From: the human T2T-CHM13v2.0 reference genome, Homo sapiens | Reading direction: 5' to 3' (one strand) | Assembly (NCBI RefSeq): GCF_009914755.1 | Contig: NC_060936.1 | DNA: 64,000 nt | In this document: piece by piece, positions 45,230 to 59,107 of the stretch | Numbering within the stretch: position 1 is the stretch's first letter | How the letters are laid out: every line of letters begins with the position of its first letter | Made by a program: the position numbers and the translations under genes | Notes under the pieces: generated by a model | What the model was told of the DNA's origin: nothing | What the model saw: only the letters and a program-made list of their open reading frames with translations | The model's database searches: none

Positions 45230-45771
45230 ATTTACATTTCTCATATTTCTTAAAAGTCAAAAACACTTGGTCTTCACCACTGATCTTTAGTTCACCACTT
45301 GACCCACTGCTGCATGCTCTCTATCCCTGACATGCCACTGAAATTTCTCTGAATGAGGTCACTAGTGCTCTATTATTAAATAAAATAAACCATCTTCAAA
45401 CCCTGATTCACTTTTAGGTACACTTGTCATTATTTGCTACTTCCTTCTATTTGAAATTAACTCATTTTTTGTCTACCATATTGCCCAGCTTTGCTGCTTT
45501 TCACTACCATACTAGTCTGTGTATCCTTTTCACAAGATCCTCTTCTGTTTCCCCAAGATCCTTCTTCTGTTAATTGTGGATACTTCCAGGACTTCCAGGT
45601 GCTCCTATTTTGTCTTCAACTTACATATTATTCATAAGAAAGATCTCATCAATACATGTAGTTTCAACAATCACTATGTTATTGCAACCACCAAATCATA
45701 TCACTAGACTCATTTTCTCTTTCTTACTGCCAGATATCTCTATTAGGCCTCCAACTGAAACTCACCATTTC
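45230..45771 (+). mobile_element. L2 body fragment
   Basis: CCACTGAAATTTCTCTG...AGGTCACTAGTG and pyrimidine-rich L2-like sequence. Confidence 0.6.
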
Positions 45772-46279
45772 TATATTAGCTTTCTATTGCTGCTATAACA
45801 AATTGCCAGAAACTCTGGTTTAAAACAACATAAATTTGTTATCTTACATTTTGGAGATCAGGAGTCTGAAATGAGTCTTACTATGTTGGAAATCTAGGTT
45901 TCCACAGGGCTGTATTCCTTCTGGAAGTTCTAGAGGAGAATTCATTTCTTTGCTTTTTCCTGCTTCTGGAGGTAACCCGAATTCCTTAGCTTATGGCCCC
46001 CTCCTCTGTCTTCAAAGCCAGCAGCATAACAACTTTAAATCTTTTATTTATTTTCTTTCTCTCTCTGACCTGTACTTAGATAGCCATATTTTCATCTGAC
46101 ACTCCTGCCTCCTTTTCCTTTTAAGGGGCTTGGTGACTTAATTGGGCCTATATGGATAATACTAGATAAACACCCCCATTTCAGGATCTTTAATTTTATG
46201 ATCTCTGCAAAGTACCTTTTGGTATTTAAAGTAACATATTCACAGTTCAGGAGACTGGAATGGGGACATATTTAGTGTA
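45772..46279 (-). mobile_element. MLT1D-like solo LTR
   Basis: TATTGCTGCTATAACAAATT...CAGGGCTGTATTCCTTCTGGAAGTTCTAGAGGAGAAT...TACCACA. Confidence 0.85.
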
Positions 46280-46403
46280 CCATTTTTCTGCATACCACAG
46301 TGTCCAAAAAAAGACAGTAATTGTCCTGAAATGATACTGTATTAATTTTAAAGATTATTGTTTCAATCAATTAGAATTAAATACAAATGGGACATTTTAT
46401 ATA

Positions 46404-46976
46404 TGTTGGGAAAAGCTGAGTATTGGGAGAAGCTGAGGCAGGGCTTTCATGTCTGACATAATGTAAAAGAGTCTTGGAACATGTCCGGGGTCCAGGGTCT
46501 AAAACCCTTTGTGGACTTTGGAACACCAAGCTCTGTGCTAAAGGGTGGAAGGCTACCCTGACGCACCATAATCTAAGCCCAGGGCATAAAACCCCTCATG
46601 GCTTGGATAGAATCCAGGGCTCGTGGCTCTGGAATGGAATCCTTGCTCCTTGCTGTCCCAGGATCGATTGTATCTTGAGTTAAAAGAACCTGCTCTCCAT
46701 TATCTCAAGTAACAGAGCAAATGCTAAACCATCACAGCTGTAAATCATATGCTTAATGCAGAGCGCCCTTTTGACCCCCACATTCTCACCACCTGTTTCT
46801 TTGTTTGATCACCAATAAATAGTCTGGGCTTCCAGAGCTTGGGGCCTTCGCAGCCTCCACACTCATGATGGCCCCCTGGACCTGCTTTTCTCTCTCAAAC
46901 TGTCTTTTCTGATTCCTTTGACTCCCCCTGACTTCATCACCCCCATGACCTGGTGTTGGGTCTGATCACTTCAACA
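46404..46976 (+). mobile_element. ERVK-class solo LTR, LTR14B-like (HERV-K14/HML-1)
   Basis: TGTTGGGAAAAGCTGAG...AAGCTGAGGCAGGGC; AATAAA at about 46814; ends GTCTGATCACTTCAACA; flanked by ATATA/ATATA. Confidence 0.8.
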
Positions 46977-48349
46977 ATATAAATATAAATGGGATATTTG
47001 AACTACTGGAAGATATATTTCAGCGGAGATATACACGATGCCTATGCATGTAATATGTAGAACTGATATTTTCTCAAGTCTATAATTCTTTTTGTTACAT
47101 ATAAAGACAACAAACTTGCTCTTCAAGAAATTATTATTGCATTTTTATTATTGCATTTTTAAATGTGGATGTTGCTCTGCTAACCACTTAGCGAGACTTG
47201 AGTGACCATTGTTAAATAATTAGACTTTAAAAATACTTAAAGATGAGGGGTAAATATAAGTAATGTATAGTATTTTTTAATGAAGGAAGGAAGGTATGAT
47301 ATAGAACTGCAAGAATAAAACTTAATATTTGTTTTAAGTTAAACATTTATTTATAAAAACTATAGTCTTGCTTTCAAGAAACTTTTCAACATGGAGACCT
47401 ATAACTTACTTCACATATACTTAACTAAAATATGTTAACAGGTGATTTTACCTGTTACCTGATCTTTTACATTTTTGCTCTACCAAAAGAGCTGCAGCAA
47501 ACAACAGCATCCTAAAGACTGGAAAGATAGTCAATGTTTAGGGTTTTTGTGTAAATATTCTTCCAGGATTCCATTGACATTACTAGATGGCATTTTTACT
47601 GTTTTTGTTTTATCTATACCCAAAATGAGGCTTACATATCTGAATTTTTAAAAAGCCGTAATGCATGCAGTAATTATTGCTGATATTTTTTCCTTTAATA
47701 TGCATTAAGTATAGGGTTTTAGTTTGTCATAATTTTAAAATGTTAAATAAACCCATTGTTTTTCTTTTAAGTCACTGCATGTACTAGAAACAATATTTAT
47801 ACTCTTAATGAAGATGGCATTTTCTGAACTACCTGGCCATTTCCTAATGAATGAATACTGCAGAAAAATAAGTAAAGCTCAACTATTCAGTTACAAATGT
47901 TGCACGTTACATTAATATTATAAGACCTTTATTATTTCCAAATTTTCAGTTGATTTTATTCGACTATTTTTTTAAGAAGAAAGCTATTATGTTGATAGAT
48001 AAAGAGAAAACTGAAGAAAGACTCATGAAAATATAAGAAGAGTGAAAGGAGGAAAAAATGTAAAAACATCAGTTTTGAGAGATTCAGTAAGAATATTTCC
48101 ATTAATTTTTAGGCAATTTTCTTCATTGTTTTTATAGAAATAAGGTATACACTTTTGATATTTATCTATTTTTGTTCTCTAGATATTTCTCAGTAAATTA
48201 TTTCATGTTAAAAATTTGGAAGTTAGAGTATCTTGCTATAAACATTTTGTATCTAAAAGCAGCAGAGTTATCCTCAGGAGAAATAAATAAATAATAACTT
48301 TGATCCATGAATTTCTGTTGACCACAATAATAAAATATTTTTGGGAAAG

Positions 48350-51300
48350 GCCTGCCTCACCCACCATTGGTGCCTGTACAAGTCGCTTGGGGTCCTGGGG
48401 TTCAGCCAACCCTGCCAGTCACCAGTGATGCCTGCAGATATCATCTAGTGGTCTGAGGACAAGCCTGCTATTCCCAGAACTGCTGATACCCATGCACATT
48501 ATCTGGGCCCTCTGGATAAGTATGCTCCAATGAATACCACCACCATGGTGCCTGAGGACTGGCCCACCTGATGTCCCTATTCTTAGAAAAGCTTCACTAA
48601 TCCTTCACTAAAAACCACAGCCTAAGTCATGAGGAAGTCATGGACACCACTGATGCTGATTACCAACAAATAATTATATGGAGACTACATAACAGTACCT
48701 GCTCAGAATCAAAGCCAAAACACTGTAGTAAACAAACACTATAAATATATCTGTATGAAAAAGTGTTTCTCTAAGAAGGCCAATCCATTAAATTGGGAAA
48801 CAGTGACTATTTCACCATTGGTATCAACATAAGGACACAGCAACATGAAAAAGCAAGGAAACATGACAACTCCAAAGAAACATAATAGTGCTTCAGTAAC
48901 AGATCCTAATGGAAAGGAAATATATGAATTACCTGAAAAATAATAATCATATTAAGGAAACTCAGTGAGTTACAAAAGAACACAGATAAACCATACAAAG
49001 AAATCAGAAAAAAATTCTAAGCTGAATAAAAAATTAAATAAAGATATAGATGTAATAAAAAGCAACCAAATAGAAATCCTGGAAATTAAGAATTTATTAA
49101 ATGAAAATTTAAAAATACAATGAAGAGCTACAACAATAAACTAGATCAATCACAAAAAAATTCTGAACTTGAAAAGTTTTTTAATAACACCATCAGACAA
49201 AAGAAAATAAAAGAAAGATGAAGCCTGCTTATATGACATATATGACATCATAAAGTGATAAAATATTTGAGTCTGGGAGTTTCAGAGCGAGGAGATAGGC
49301 AAAAACATGGAAAGTTCATTTAACAGAATAATAGTTTAAAAACATTTCAAGTCTTACAAGTGATATTGATATCTACATTTATGAAGCTCAAAGATTCCCA
49401 AATAGATTTAACACAAAAAGTAATCCCCAAAGCACATTATAGTCAAATGGAGAAAAGTCAAGGACAAAGAAAAAGTTATAATAACAGCAAGAGAAAAGCA
49501 TGAAGTCACATATAACCAAGCAAAACACAAACAAACAAAACTAAACTAAATGTCAGCCAAGCATATTTTACATAGCAAAGAAAAGCCGTCCTTCAAAAAT
49601 CAAGAAGAAATAAAATTTTTCCCAGACAAACAAAAACAGAAAAGTCATCATCACTAAACCAGTCCTATAGGAAATGCATAAGTGAGTCCTATATCTGAAA
49701 GTTAAATGACAGTATCTACAATTATCAAAACACATGGAAGTGTAAAACTCACTCATAGAGCAGATACACAAATGAGAAATAGAAAGGAGTCAAACATTAC
49801 CACTACAGAAAAATATCAAACCATGATGATAATTAGAAAGTAACAAAAGCTACACAAAACAATGAGAAAACAATTAACAAAATAATATAAATAATTCTCA
49901 TTTATCAGTAATAATGTAGACTGTAAACAAATCCAATTTTTCACTTAAAAATATAAACAGAATGGATAAAAAACAATGCGCCAACTACATGTCAACTATA
50001 AGAAACTCACTTCACTAAAAATAAAAGACTACAGACAGTCTATGCAATTGGAAACCAAATGTGAGCAGGCATACCTATATTTGTGTCAGACAGAACAGAC
50101 TTTAAGTCAAAAACTGTAGAAAAAAAAGAAAAAGATTATCATATAATAATAATGGAATCAATTCAGGAATAGAATATAATACTGGAGCACCCAGATATAC
50201 AAAACAAATATTGTTAGATCTAAAGGGAGAGAGAGAATCTAATACTACAATACTCAGAACTTCAACACTCTTCTCTCAGCATTGAACAGATTAGGTATGC
50301 AAAATATTAATGCAGAAACATCAGCTTTAAACTGCATTTTACAACAAATGGATCTAACAGACATTTAGAGAAGATTTAATTCAACAGCCACAGAAGACAT
50401 ATTCTTATTAGCACACGGAACATTCTCTAGGATAGACCACATATTAGTCCACAAAAAAACATAAAGATACCAAAATCATATCAAATAATCTTCCCAGATC
50501 ACAATGGAATGAAACTAGAAATCAATAACAAGAAAAACTTTAAAAACTGTAGAAATACATAGAAATTCAACAACATGCTCTTGAACAACCAATGGGTCAA
50601 TGAAGAAATTAAGATGAAAAACCAAAACCAAAACAAATAAAAAATGAAAACACAGCATACCAAAAACCTATGGCATATAGCAAAAGCAGTGCTCAAAGGG
50701 ACTTTTATAAGAATAAATGCCTACATCAAAAAGGATAAATTTTAAATAAACAATCTAATGATGTATCTCAAAAAACAAGAAAAGCAAGAACAAAACAAAA
50801 CCAAAATTGTTAGAAGGAAAGATTTAAAAAATATCAGAGCAAAACTAAATTAGAGAATAAAGAAACATACAAAGAATCAGTGAAATAAATAGTTGTTGTT
50901 GTTGTGTGTGTGTTTTTAAGATAAATGAAACCAAGAAACTTCTAGCTAGACTAACCAAGAAAATAAGGGAGAAGGCCCAAGTAAATAAAATCAGAAATAA
51001 AGAGACTTTAAATCACAGATATCCGAAGGGTCAATAGAAACTGTTATGAACAGCTACAAACTAACAAATGGGAAGACCAAAAGAGAAAATGGACAAGTTG
51101 CTGGACACATAAAACCTACCAAGATTAAATCAGGGAGAATTAAAAAAAAATTGAACAGATAAATAATAAATTACAACATTGACAACATCTTCAAAAAACA
51201 AAATTATAGTACTAAATAGCTTGATAAATTGTACCAAGCTTATAAAGGAGAGATAACATCAATTTTTTTCAGACTTTGCCAACAAATTGAAGATGAGAGA

Positions 51301-52297
51301 ATTCTTTCTGTCTCATCTATGAGGCTGGCATTACCATGATACCAAAACTAGACAAAGATACAGTAATAAAAATGAAAATTACAAGCCAATGACCCTCATG
51401 AACATAGATGCCAAAATCCTCAACAAAATACTAGCAAGTTTAGTCCAATAACACATCAAAAAAAAATACACCATGATCAAGTGAGGTTGGTTCCAGGAAT
51501 TCAAGGATGGTTCAACATACACAAATCAACAAACGTAATATATCACATTAATAAAGGACAAAACCACAAAGCCATATGACCATCTCAATAGATGTAGACA
51601 AAACATTTGATAAACCTCAATATTCTTTCATGATAAAGTTTCTGGGCAAATTCAGCATAGAAGATGCATGCCTCTACATCCAAAAAGTCATATATGACAA
51701 GCCCACAGCTAATATTATACTGAACTGGGAAAAGCTGAACACATTTTTTATAATAACTGGAACAAGAAAAGAAATCCCAATTTCACCAGTTGTATTAAAC
51801 ATATTACTTACTGAAAGTACTATTCAGAGCAATTAGATCAGAGAAAGAAATAAAACATAACAAAACTGGAAAAAAGGAAGTAAAATTGTACTTCTTTGCA
51901 GAAAACAAAATCTTATATAAAGATAAACCTGAAGACTCTACTAAAGAAAACACAAACTATTAGAATGGATCAGTGAATACAGTAAAGTTTCAGGATACAA
52001 AACCAACATACAAAAATCAGTAGCATTTCTATACACCAATAAGTAGCTGAAAAAGAAACTAAAAAAGCACTTTCATTTAAAGTAGTTCAAAAATATGCTT
52101 ATGAATAAATTTAACCAAGGAGGTGAAAGAAATCAGAGATACCTCATGCTCATGAACTGGAAGAATATATATTGTTAAAAAACATATTACACAAAACAAT
52201 CAACAGAGTAAATGAGATTTCTGTCAAAATACTCATGACATTTTTATCAGAAATAAAAAAAATTATCCTATAACTCATATGGAACCACAAAAGACCC
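48350..52297 (+). mobile_element. Old L1MA: 5' UTR remnant, ORF1 and ORF2 5' part
   Basis: ORF1 start ATGAAAAAGCAAGGAAACATGACA at about 48845; RT remnant [13 protein letters not shown]...[12 protein letters not shown]. Confidence 0.88.
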
Positions 52298-52830
52298 TGT
52301 GATCGTTAATACTGAGTGTCAACTTGACTGAATTGAAGGATGCAAAGTATTGTTCCTGGGTGTGTCTGAGAGGTTGTTGCCAAAGGAGATTAAAATAGAG
52401 TCAGTGAACTGAGAGAGGCAGACCCACCCTCAGTCTAATCAGCTGCCAGCATAATTAGAATAAAGCAGGCAGAAGAAGGTGGAAAGAGCAGACATGCTGA
52501 GTTTTCCAGCCTTCATCTTTCCCCCATGCTGGATGTTTCCTGCCCTTGTACATCAGACTCCAAGTTATTCACCTTTTGGACTCTTGAACTTATACCAGTG
52601 GTTTTCCAGGGGCTCTCAGGTCTTCAGACCCAGATTGAAGGCTCCACTCATAGTATTTCTAATTTTGAGATTTTGGGACTGAGGCTGGCTTGCTTGATAC
52701 TCAGATTGTAGGTGGCCTATTGTGGGACTTCACCTTGTGATCCTGTGAGTCAATGCTCCTCAATAAATTCCCCTTCATATATACATCTATCCTATTAGAT
52801 CTGTCCCTCTAGAAAACCCTGACTAATACA
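52298..52830 (+). mobile_element. 5' LTR, MLT2A2-type
   Basis: TGTGATCGTTAATACTGAGTGTCAAC...GACTAATACA, followed by GATTTTGGTACCAGG (PBS region). Confidence 0.92.
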
Positions 52831-52869
52831 GATTTTGGTACCAGGCGTGTTTCTAGAGAAACCAACTTT

Positions 52870-54590
52870 TAAATATGGATTTCTTTAGTTGCTTTGGCAT
52901 TTCTGGAGTTGGCTGCTTTATCTTACTAGACTCCAAAATGCTAAGGACTCTACTTCTAAAAGTATAGAGAACACTGATAGTCCTGGGCATTAACTGTTTA
53001 GAGAGTTGTGCAAAATAAATACACATTTGATACTCCTGATTCACTGCTCTTGAGAGGCAAGGAGTTTAGTGACTCTATACATATACCTTTCACCACATGT
53101 GGAGAACCAACGAATATAATGACATTGGTTGGCTGCTCTAAGTTCACTGGACAAAGTGATGAAAGAAAATGAAATTCTCAGGGTTTCTAACTCTCAGCTT
53201 CAGAAGCACACTCTGAGCCTCAAATCTTCTAAGACTGTTCTGAGTGGGAATTTTATCTCCTGTAGACAAAAGGCTGAAATTGCAGAAAATCAGACACAAG
53301 CTCTTATGTGAGTGGCTGTCCTGCAAGGAAAGGTGCACTCTCAGCCTTGCCAGGTGTCTACTGTTAAAGTGAGGGCACTGGTTGGAAAAGAATGGGACCC
53401 TGCCACTTGGAATTGGGACAGGTGGGAGGATGCTGATGATGCTGGGGGCGCTGAGCTCCTAAATTCTGAGGAGGCTTTTTTTGCCAGAGGAAAAAGCCTC
53501 CTCACTCCTAGTAGTGGCAACATCCCCTCCCCTACCCATGCTACCACCAGCCTTTACACCTTTGTCTGAGGAGATTAACCCTGATTTGTCTGGGGCAAAT
53601 GACCTCCCCAGAGGCAATTTCCAGGCAAGACAATGCTGATTCTCCTCAGAACCCATCCCCAACACCTCTGTTTGCTTCTAGACCTATAACTAAAGTCCTG
53701 CAGGCCCCTAGAGGTGAGGTTCAGAGTGTGACCCATGAGGAGGTGCACTACACTCCAAAACAACTGCTTGAGTTTTCTAATTTATATAAGCAGAAATCTG
53801 GAGAACACCCATAGGAATGGATATTAAGGGTGTGGGATAATGGTAGAAAGAACATAAAGTTGCATCAAATTGAATTTATTGATATGGGCCTAACCAGGGA
53901 TTCTGCATTTAATGTTCCAGCTAGGGGAGTTTAAAAAGGTCCTAATAGTTTATATACTTGGTTGGCTGAAACATGGATAAAAAGATGGCCCATTTTGAGT
54001 GAGCTGGAAATGCCTGATCTCCCTTGGTTTACAGTAGAGGGAGGGATCCAAAGGCTTAGGGAGATTGGGGTGCTGGAGAGGATTAGTCACTTTAGACCTA
54101 CTCATCCCAACTGGGATGGTCCAGAAGACATACCCTTCACCAATACCTTGTGAAACAGATTTGTGAGGGGAACACTTGCATCCCTGAAGAGTTCTGTGAT
54201 TTCTGTTCTCTGCATGCCAGATCTAACAGTGGGAACCATAGTCACTCAATTGGAAAATTTAAATGCAATGGGAATAATTGGATCCCAAAGTGGCAGGAGC
54301 CAACTGGTGACACTCAACTGTCAAAGGCAAGGTGGGCACACTTACCCTAATGGACAGCAGAGGCAAAGCAGCAATCAGAATGTAGAGCTCTGGCATGGGC
54401 TAATTAATCACAGTGTTCCTAGAAGTGAAATTGATAAGAAGCCTACTGCATTCTTACAGAATTTGTATAAGCAGAAAAATTCCAGGTTGAGTGGACCAAA
54501 GACTAATTTGAATTATAAAAATAGAGAATCATGGCTCCTAAATCAATTTTCAAACTTGAACCAGTTTACAGGCCCAGAACCTTAAATAAA
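52870..54590 (+). pseudogene. HERV-L gag, multiply disrupted
   Basis: Fragments VKVRALVGKEWDPATWN, YTPKQLLEFSNLYKQKSGE and ELEMPDLPW; boundaries approximate. Confidence 0.85.
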
Positions 54591-57173
54591 GGGGAGGCTG
54601 GGTCCCCTTGAGGAAGGACCCAATTACACTACTGAAAAGTTATTCTGTTAATCTTTCTCCCATCCTTCCCCAAGGAGACCTCTGGTCTTTTACCAGGGTA
54701 ACTGTGCTTTGGGGATAGGGGAATGATCAGACCTTTTGGGAACTACTGGACACTGGCTCTAAGTTATTGACTCCAGGGGACCCAAAAGGTTATTGTGGTC
54801 CTCCAGTTAAAGTAGGGGCTTATGGAGGTCAGGTAATTAATGGAGTTTTAGCTGAGGTCTGACTTACAGTGGGTCCAGTGTGTTCCTGGACTCATCCTGT
54901 GGTCATTTCCCCAGTGCCAGAATGCATAATTGGCACTGACATACTTAGCAGCTGGCAGAATCCCCACATTGGTTCCCTGGCTGGTAGAGTGAGGACTATT
55001 ATGGTGGGAAAGGCCAAATGGAATCCAGTAGAGCTGCCTCTACCTAGAAAAATAGTAAATCAAAAATAGTATCATATCTGTGGAGAGATTGAAGAGATTA
55101 GTGCCACCATCAAAGACTTGAAAGATGCAGGGGTGGTGATTCCCGCCATATCCCCATTCAACTCTCCTATTTGGCCTGTGCAGAAGAAAGATGAATCTTG
55201 GAGAATGACAGTGGATTATAGTAAGCTTAACCAGGTAGTAACTCCAATTGCAGCTGCTGTAGCAGTAGTTTCATTTTTGATCAAATTAACACATTTTCTG
55301 GTATGCAACCATTGATTTGGCAAATCCCTTTTTTTTTTTCTATTCCTGTCTATAAAGCCCACCAGAAGCAATTTTCCTTCAGCTGGCAAGGCCAGCAATA
55401 TACCTTCACTGTTGTACCTCAGGGGTATATCAACTCTCTGGCTTTGTGTCATAATCTTGTTTGGAGTGACCTTGGTCATTCTTCCCTTCCACAAGATATC
55501 ACACTGGTCCATTACATTGATGGCATTATGCTGATTGGGTCCAGTAACAATAAGTAGCAAACACACTGGACTTATTGGTGATACATTTGCATGCAATGGG
55601 ATGGAAAATAAATCCGACTAAAATTCGGGGAACTTCTACCTTAGTAAAATTTCTGGGGATCCAGTGGTGTAGGGCCTGTTGAGATATTCCTTCTAAGGTG
55701 AAAGATAAGTTGCTGTATTTGCCCCTCGTACAATCAAGAAAGATTCACAATGCCTAGTGGGCCTGTTTGAATTTTGGAGGCAACACATGCCTCATTTGTG
55801 TGTGTTATTCTGGCCCATTTATCCAGTGACCTGAAAGGCTGCCAGTTTTGAGTTGGGTCTAGAACAGGAGAAGGCTCTGCAACAGGTCCAGGCTGCTGTG
55901 CAAGCTGCTCTGCCACTTGGGCCATATGACTCAGCAGATCCAATGGTTCTTGAGGTGTCAGGGGCAGAGAGGGATGCTGTTTGTAGCCTTTGGCAGGCCC
56001 CCATAGGTGAATTACAGCAGAGGCCTCTGGGATTTTGGAACAAGGTCCTACTATCTTCTGCAGATAACTACTCTCTTCTTGAGAGACAGCTCTTGGCCTG
56101 TTACTGCGCTTTGGTAGAAACTGAACATATGAATATGGGTCATCAAAGTCACCATGTGACCTGAACTGCCTATCATTAAGTGGGTGCTTTCTGTCCCATC
56201 TAGCCATAAAGTTGGGTGTGCACAGCAGCATTTCATCATCAAGTTGAAGTGGTATATATGTGATCAGGCTCAAGCAGGTCCTGACGTCACAAATTACATG
56301 AAGAAGTGGCTCAAATGCCCATGGTCCCCACTCCTACCACCCTGCCTTCTCTCTCCCAGCCTGCACTGATGGCCTCATGGGAAGTTCCCTATGATCAGTT
56401 GACAGAGGAAGGAAAGACTAGGGCCTGGTTTACAGATGGTTCTGCAAGGTATGCAGGCATTACCTGAAAGTGGGCAGCTGCAGCACTACAGCCCATTTCT
56501 AGGACATCCCTGAAGGTCAGTGGCAAAGAGAAGTCTTTCCAGTGGAGAGAACTTCAAGCAGTGCACCTGGTTGTGCACTTTGCATGGATGGAGAAATGGC
56601 CAGATGTGTGATTATATACTGATTTATGGGCTGTACCCAATGGCGTGGCTGGATGCCCAGGGACTTAGAAAAAGCATGATTAGAGAATTGGTGACAAATA
56701 AATTTGGGGAAGAGGGATGTGGATGGACCTCTCTGAGTGGTCAAAAACTGTGAAGATATTTGTATCCCATGTGAGTGCTCACCAACAGTGACCTCAGCAG
56801 AGGAGAATTTTAATAATCAAATGGATAGGATGACTTGTTCTGTGGACACCACTTAGCCTCTTTCCCAGCCACCCTTGTCATTGCCCAGTGGGCCCAAGAA
56901 CAAAGTGGCCATGGGGGCAGGGGTAGAGGTTACTCATGGGGTCAGCAACATGGACTTCCACTCACCAAGGCTGACCTGGCTACAGCTACCGCTGAGTGCC
57001 CAATTTGCCAGCAGCAGACAGCAGCACTGAGCCCTCAATATGGCACCCTATCTTGGGGTGATCAGCCAGCTACTTGGCGACAAGTTGATTATATTGGATC
57101 TCTTCTATCACGGAAAGGGCAGCAGTTTGTCCTCACCTGAATAGACAGTTACTTCGGATTTGGGTTTGTCTAT

Positions 57174-57557
57174 TGTGATGGTTAATACTGAGTGTCAACT
57201 TGATTGGATTGAAGGATACAAAGTATTGATTGTGGGTGTGTCTGTGATGGTGTTGCCAAAGGAGATTAACATTTTAGTCAGTGGGCTGGGAAAGGGAGAC
57301 CCACCCTTAACCTGGGTGGGCACAATCTAATCCGCTGCCAGCACAGCTAGAGTATAAAAGCAAGCAGCAAAATATGAAAAGAGAGACTTGGACTGGCCTC
57401 CCAGCCTACATCTTTCTCCCGTGGTGGATGCTCCCTGCCCTTGAACATTGGACTCCAAGTTCTTCAGTTTTGGAACTCAGACTGGCTCTCCTTGCTCCTC
57501 AGCCTGCAGATGGCCTCTTGTGGGACTTTGTGATCATGTGAGTTAATACTTAGTAAA

Positions 57558-57612
<55 letters not shown>

Positions 57613-57785
57613 GTATATGTATATATATGTATTATATGTATTATTGTATTATATATGTATATATGTATTATATATACATAAATGTATATAGGTATGTATA
57701 TGTATGTATAATACATATATGTATATATTATATGTATTATATATGTATTATATGTATATATACATACATATGTATACAATGTATC

Positions 57786-57818
<33 letters not shown>

Positions 57819-57858
57819 TCCACTAGTTCTGGCCCTCTAGAGAACCCTAACTAATACA
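57174..57858 (+). mobile_element. MLT2A1-type solo LTR inside the integrase
   Basis: TGTGATGGTTAATACTGAG...CTAATACA; differs from the flanking LTRs (GGGCTGGGAAAG, GCCTCCCAGCCTACATC); TSD TCTAT/CCTAT. Confidence 0.92.
57561..57818. repeat. Expanded (TA)n/(TATG)n/(TG)n microsatellite inside the solo LTR
   Basis: Read directly from the sequence. Confidence 0.97.
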
Positions 57859-58269
57859 CCTATCCTGCAAGCAATGTTTCTTCCAAGACTACCATCCATG
57901 GAATCACAGAATGCTTTATCCTCCATCATGGTATTTCACATAGCATTGACTCTGACCAAAGCAATTACTTTATGGCTAAAGAAGTGTGGCAGTGGGCTCA
58001 CGCTCATGGAATTCACTGGTCTTACCATGTTCCCTATCATCCTGAAGCAGCTGGATTAATACAAGAGTGGAATACCCTTTTGAAATCAAATTACAATGTC
58101 AACTAGGTAACAATACTTTGCAGGGCTGTGGCAAAGTACTCCAGGAGGCTGTGTGTGTTCTGAATCAGTATCCAATATATGGTACTGTTTCTCCCATAGC
58201 CAGGATTCACAGGTCCATGAATCAAGGGGTAGAAGTCGAAGTGACACCAATCACCATCACCCCTGGTGA

Positions 58270-58560
58270 CTCAGTAGCAATTTTTTTGTTTCCTGTTCCT
58301 GTGACATTACGTTCTGCTGGCCTAGAAGTCATGTTATCAGAGGAAGAAATGCTGACACCAGGAGACACAACAATGACTTCATTAAACAGGAAGTTAAGAT
58401 TGCCACCTGGCCACTTTAGGCTCCTCTCACCTCTAAGTCAATAGGCTAAGAAAAGAGTTACAGTGTTGGCTAGGATGATTGACCTGGATTATCAAGATGA
58501 AATCAGTCTACTACTCAACAATTAGGATAAGGAAGAGTATCAGTGGAATACAGGAGATCC
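58270..58560 (+). pseudogene. HERV-L dUTPase remnant
   Basis: TLRSAGLEV...PGDTT...KLRLPPGHF downstream of the integrase, the position characteristic of ERV-L. Confidence 0.78.
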
Positions 58561-59107
58561 CTTAGGGCATCTCTTAGAATTACCATGCCCTGTGATTAAG
58601 GTCAATGGGAAATTACAACAGCCCACTCCAGGCAGGACTACAGATGACCCAGACACTTCAGAAATGAAGGGTTGGGTCACTCCACCAGGTAAAAACCACG
58701 ATGTGCTGAGGTGCTTGCTGAAGGCAATAGGAATACAGAATGGGTAGAAGAAGGTGGTCATCAATACCAGCTACAACCACGTGACCAGTTGCAGAAATGA
58801 GGACTGTGATTGTCATGAGTATTTCTTCCTTATTTTGTTAAGGACATGTTTGTGCATGTACACACTTGTACAAGGAAAATGTCTTCATTTTATTTCCTTT
58901 CTTTTTCTGATTTATTGACTTCATATCAGCATTTCAGTGTTGTTAACTTTATGTAACAGCACTTAGGTTAAAGATTAGTGTGCTTCTGGTCGACAAAGGA
59001 TAGCTGTATTATGTTAGGTGTAATTAAGAACTTATTATTCTCTTTATTTGAAGATTATGCTTGATGTCAGGAGATGTATATGGGTTCACGTTGACAAGGG
59101 GTGGACT

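Larger units (their letters stand above)
54690..58250 (+). pseudogene. HERV-L pro-pol (protease, RT, RNase H, integrase), disrupted and interrupted by a solo LTR
   Basis: DTGS at 54749-54760; [21 protein letters not shown]; VPQGY; YIDG at 55513-55524 (YxDD mutated); FTDGS at about 56429; HGG...CPIC and WRQVDYIG of the integrase. Confidence 0.92.

Noticed and set aside
57543-57854. Y/I-rich ORFs
   Set aside because: They are translations of the (TA)n microsatellite.
53129-58444. Possible domesticated or intact ERV-L gene
   Set aside because: All frames are broken by stops and frameshifts, the longest sense-strand fragment is about 140 aa, RT YxDD is mutated to YIDG, and the integrase is interrupted.
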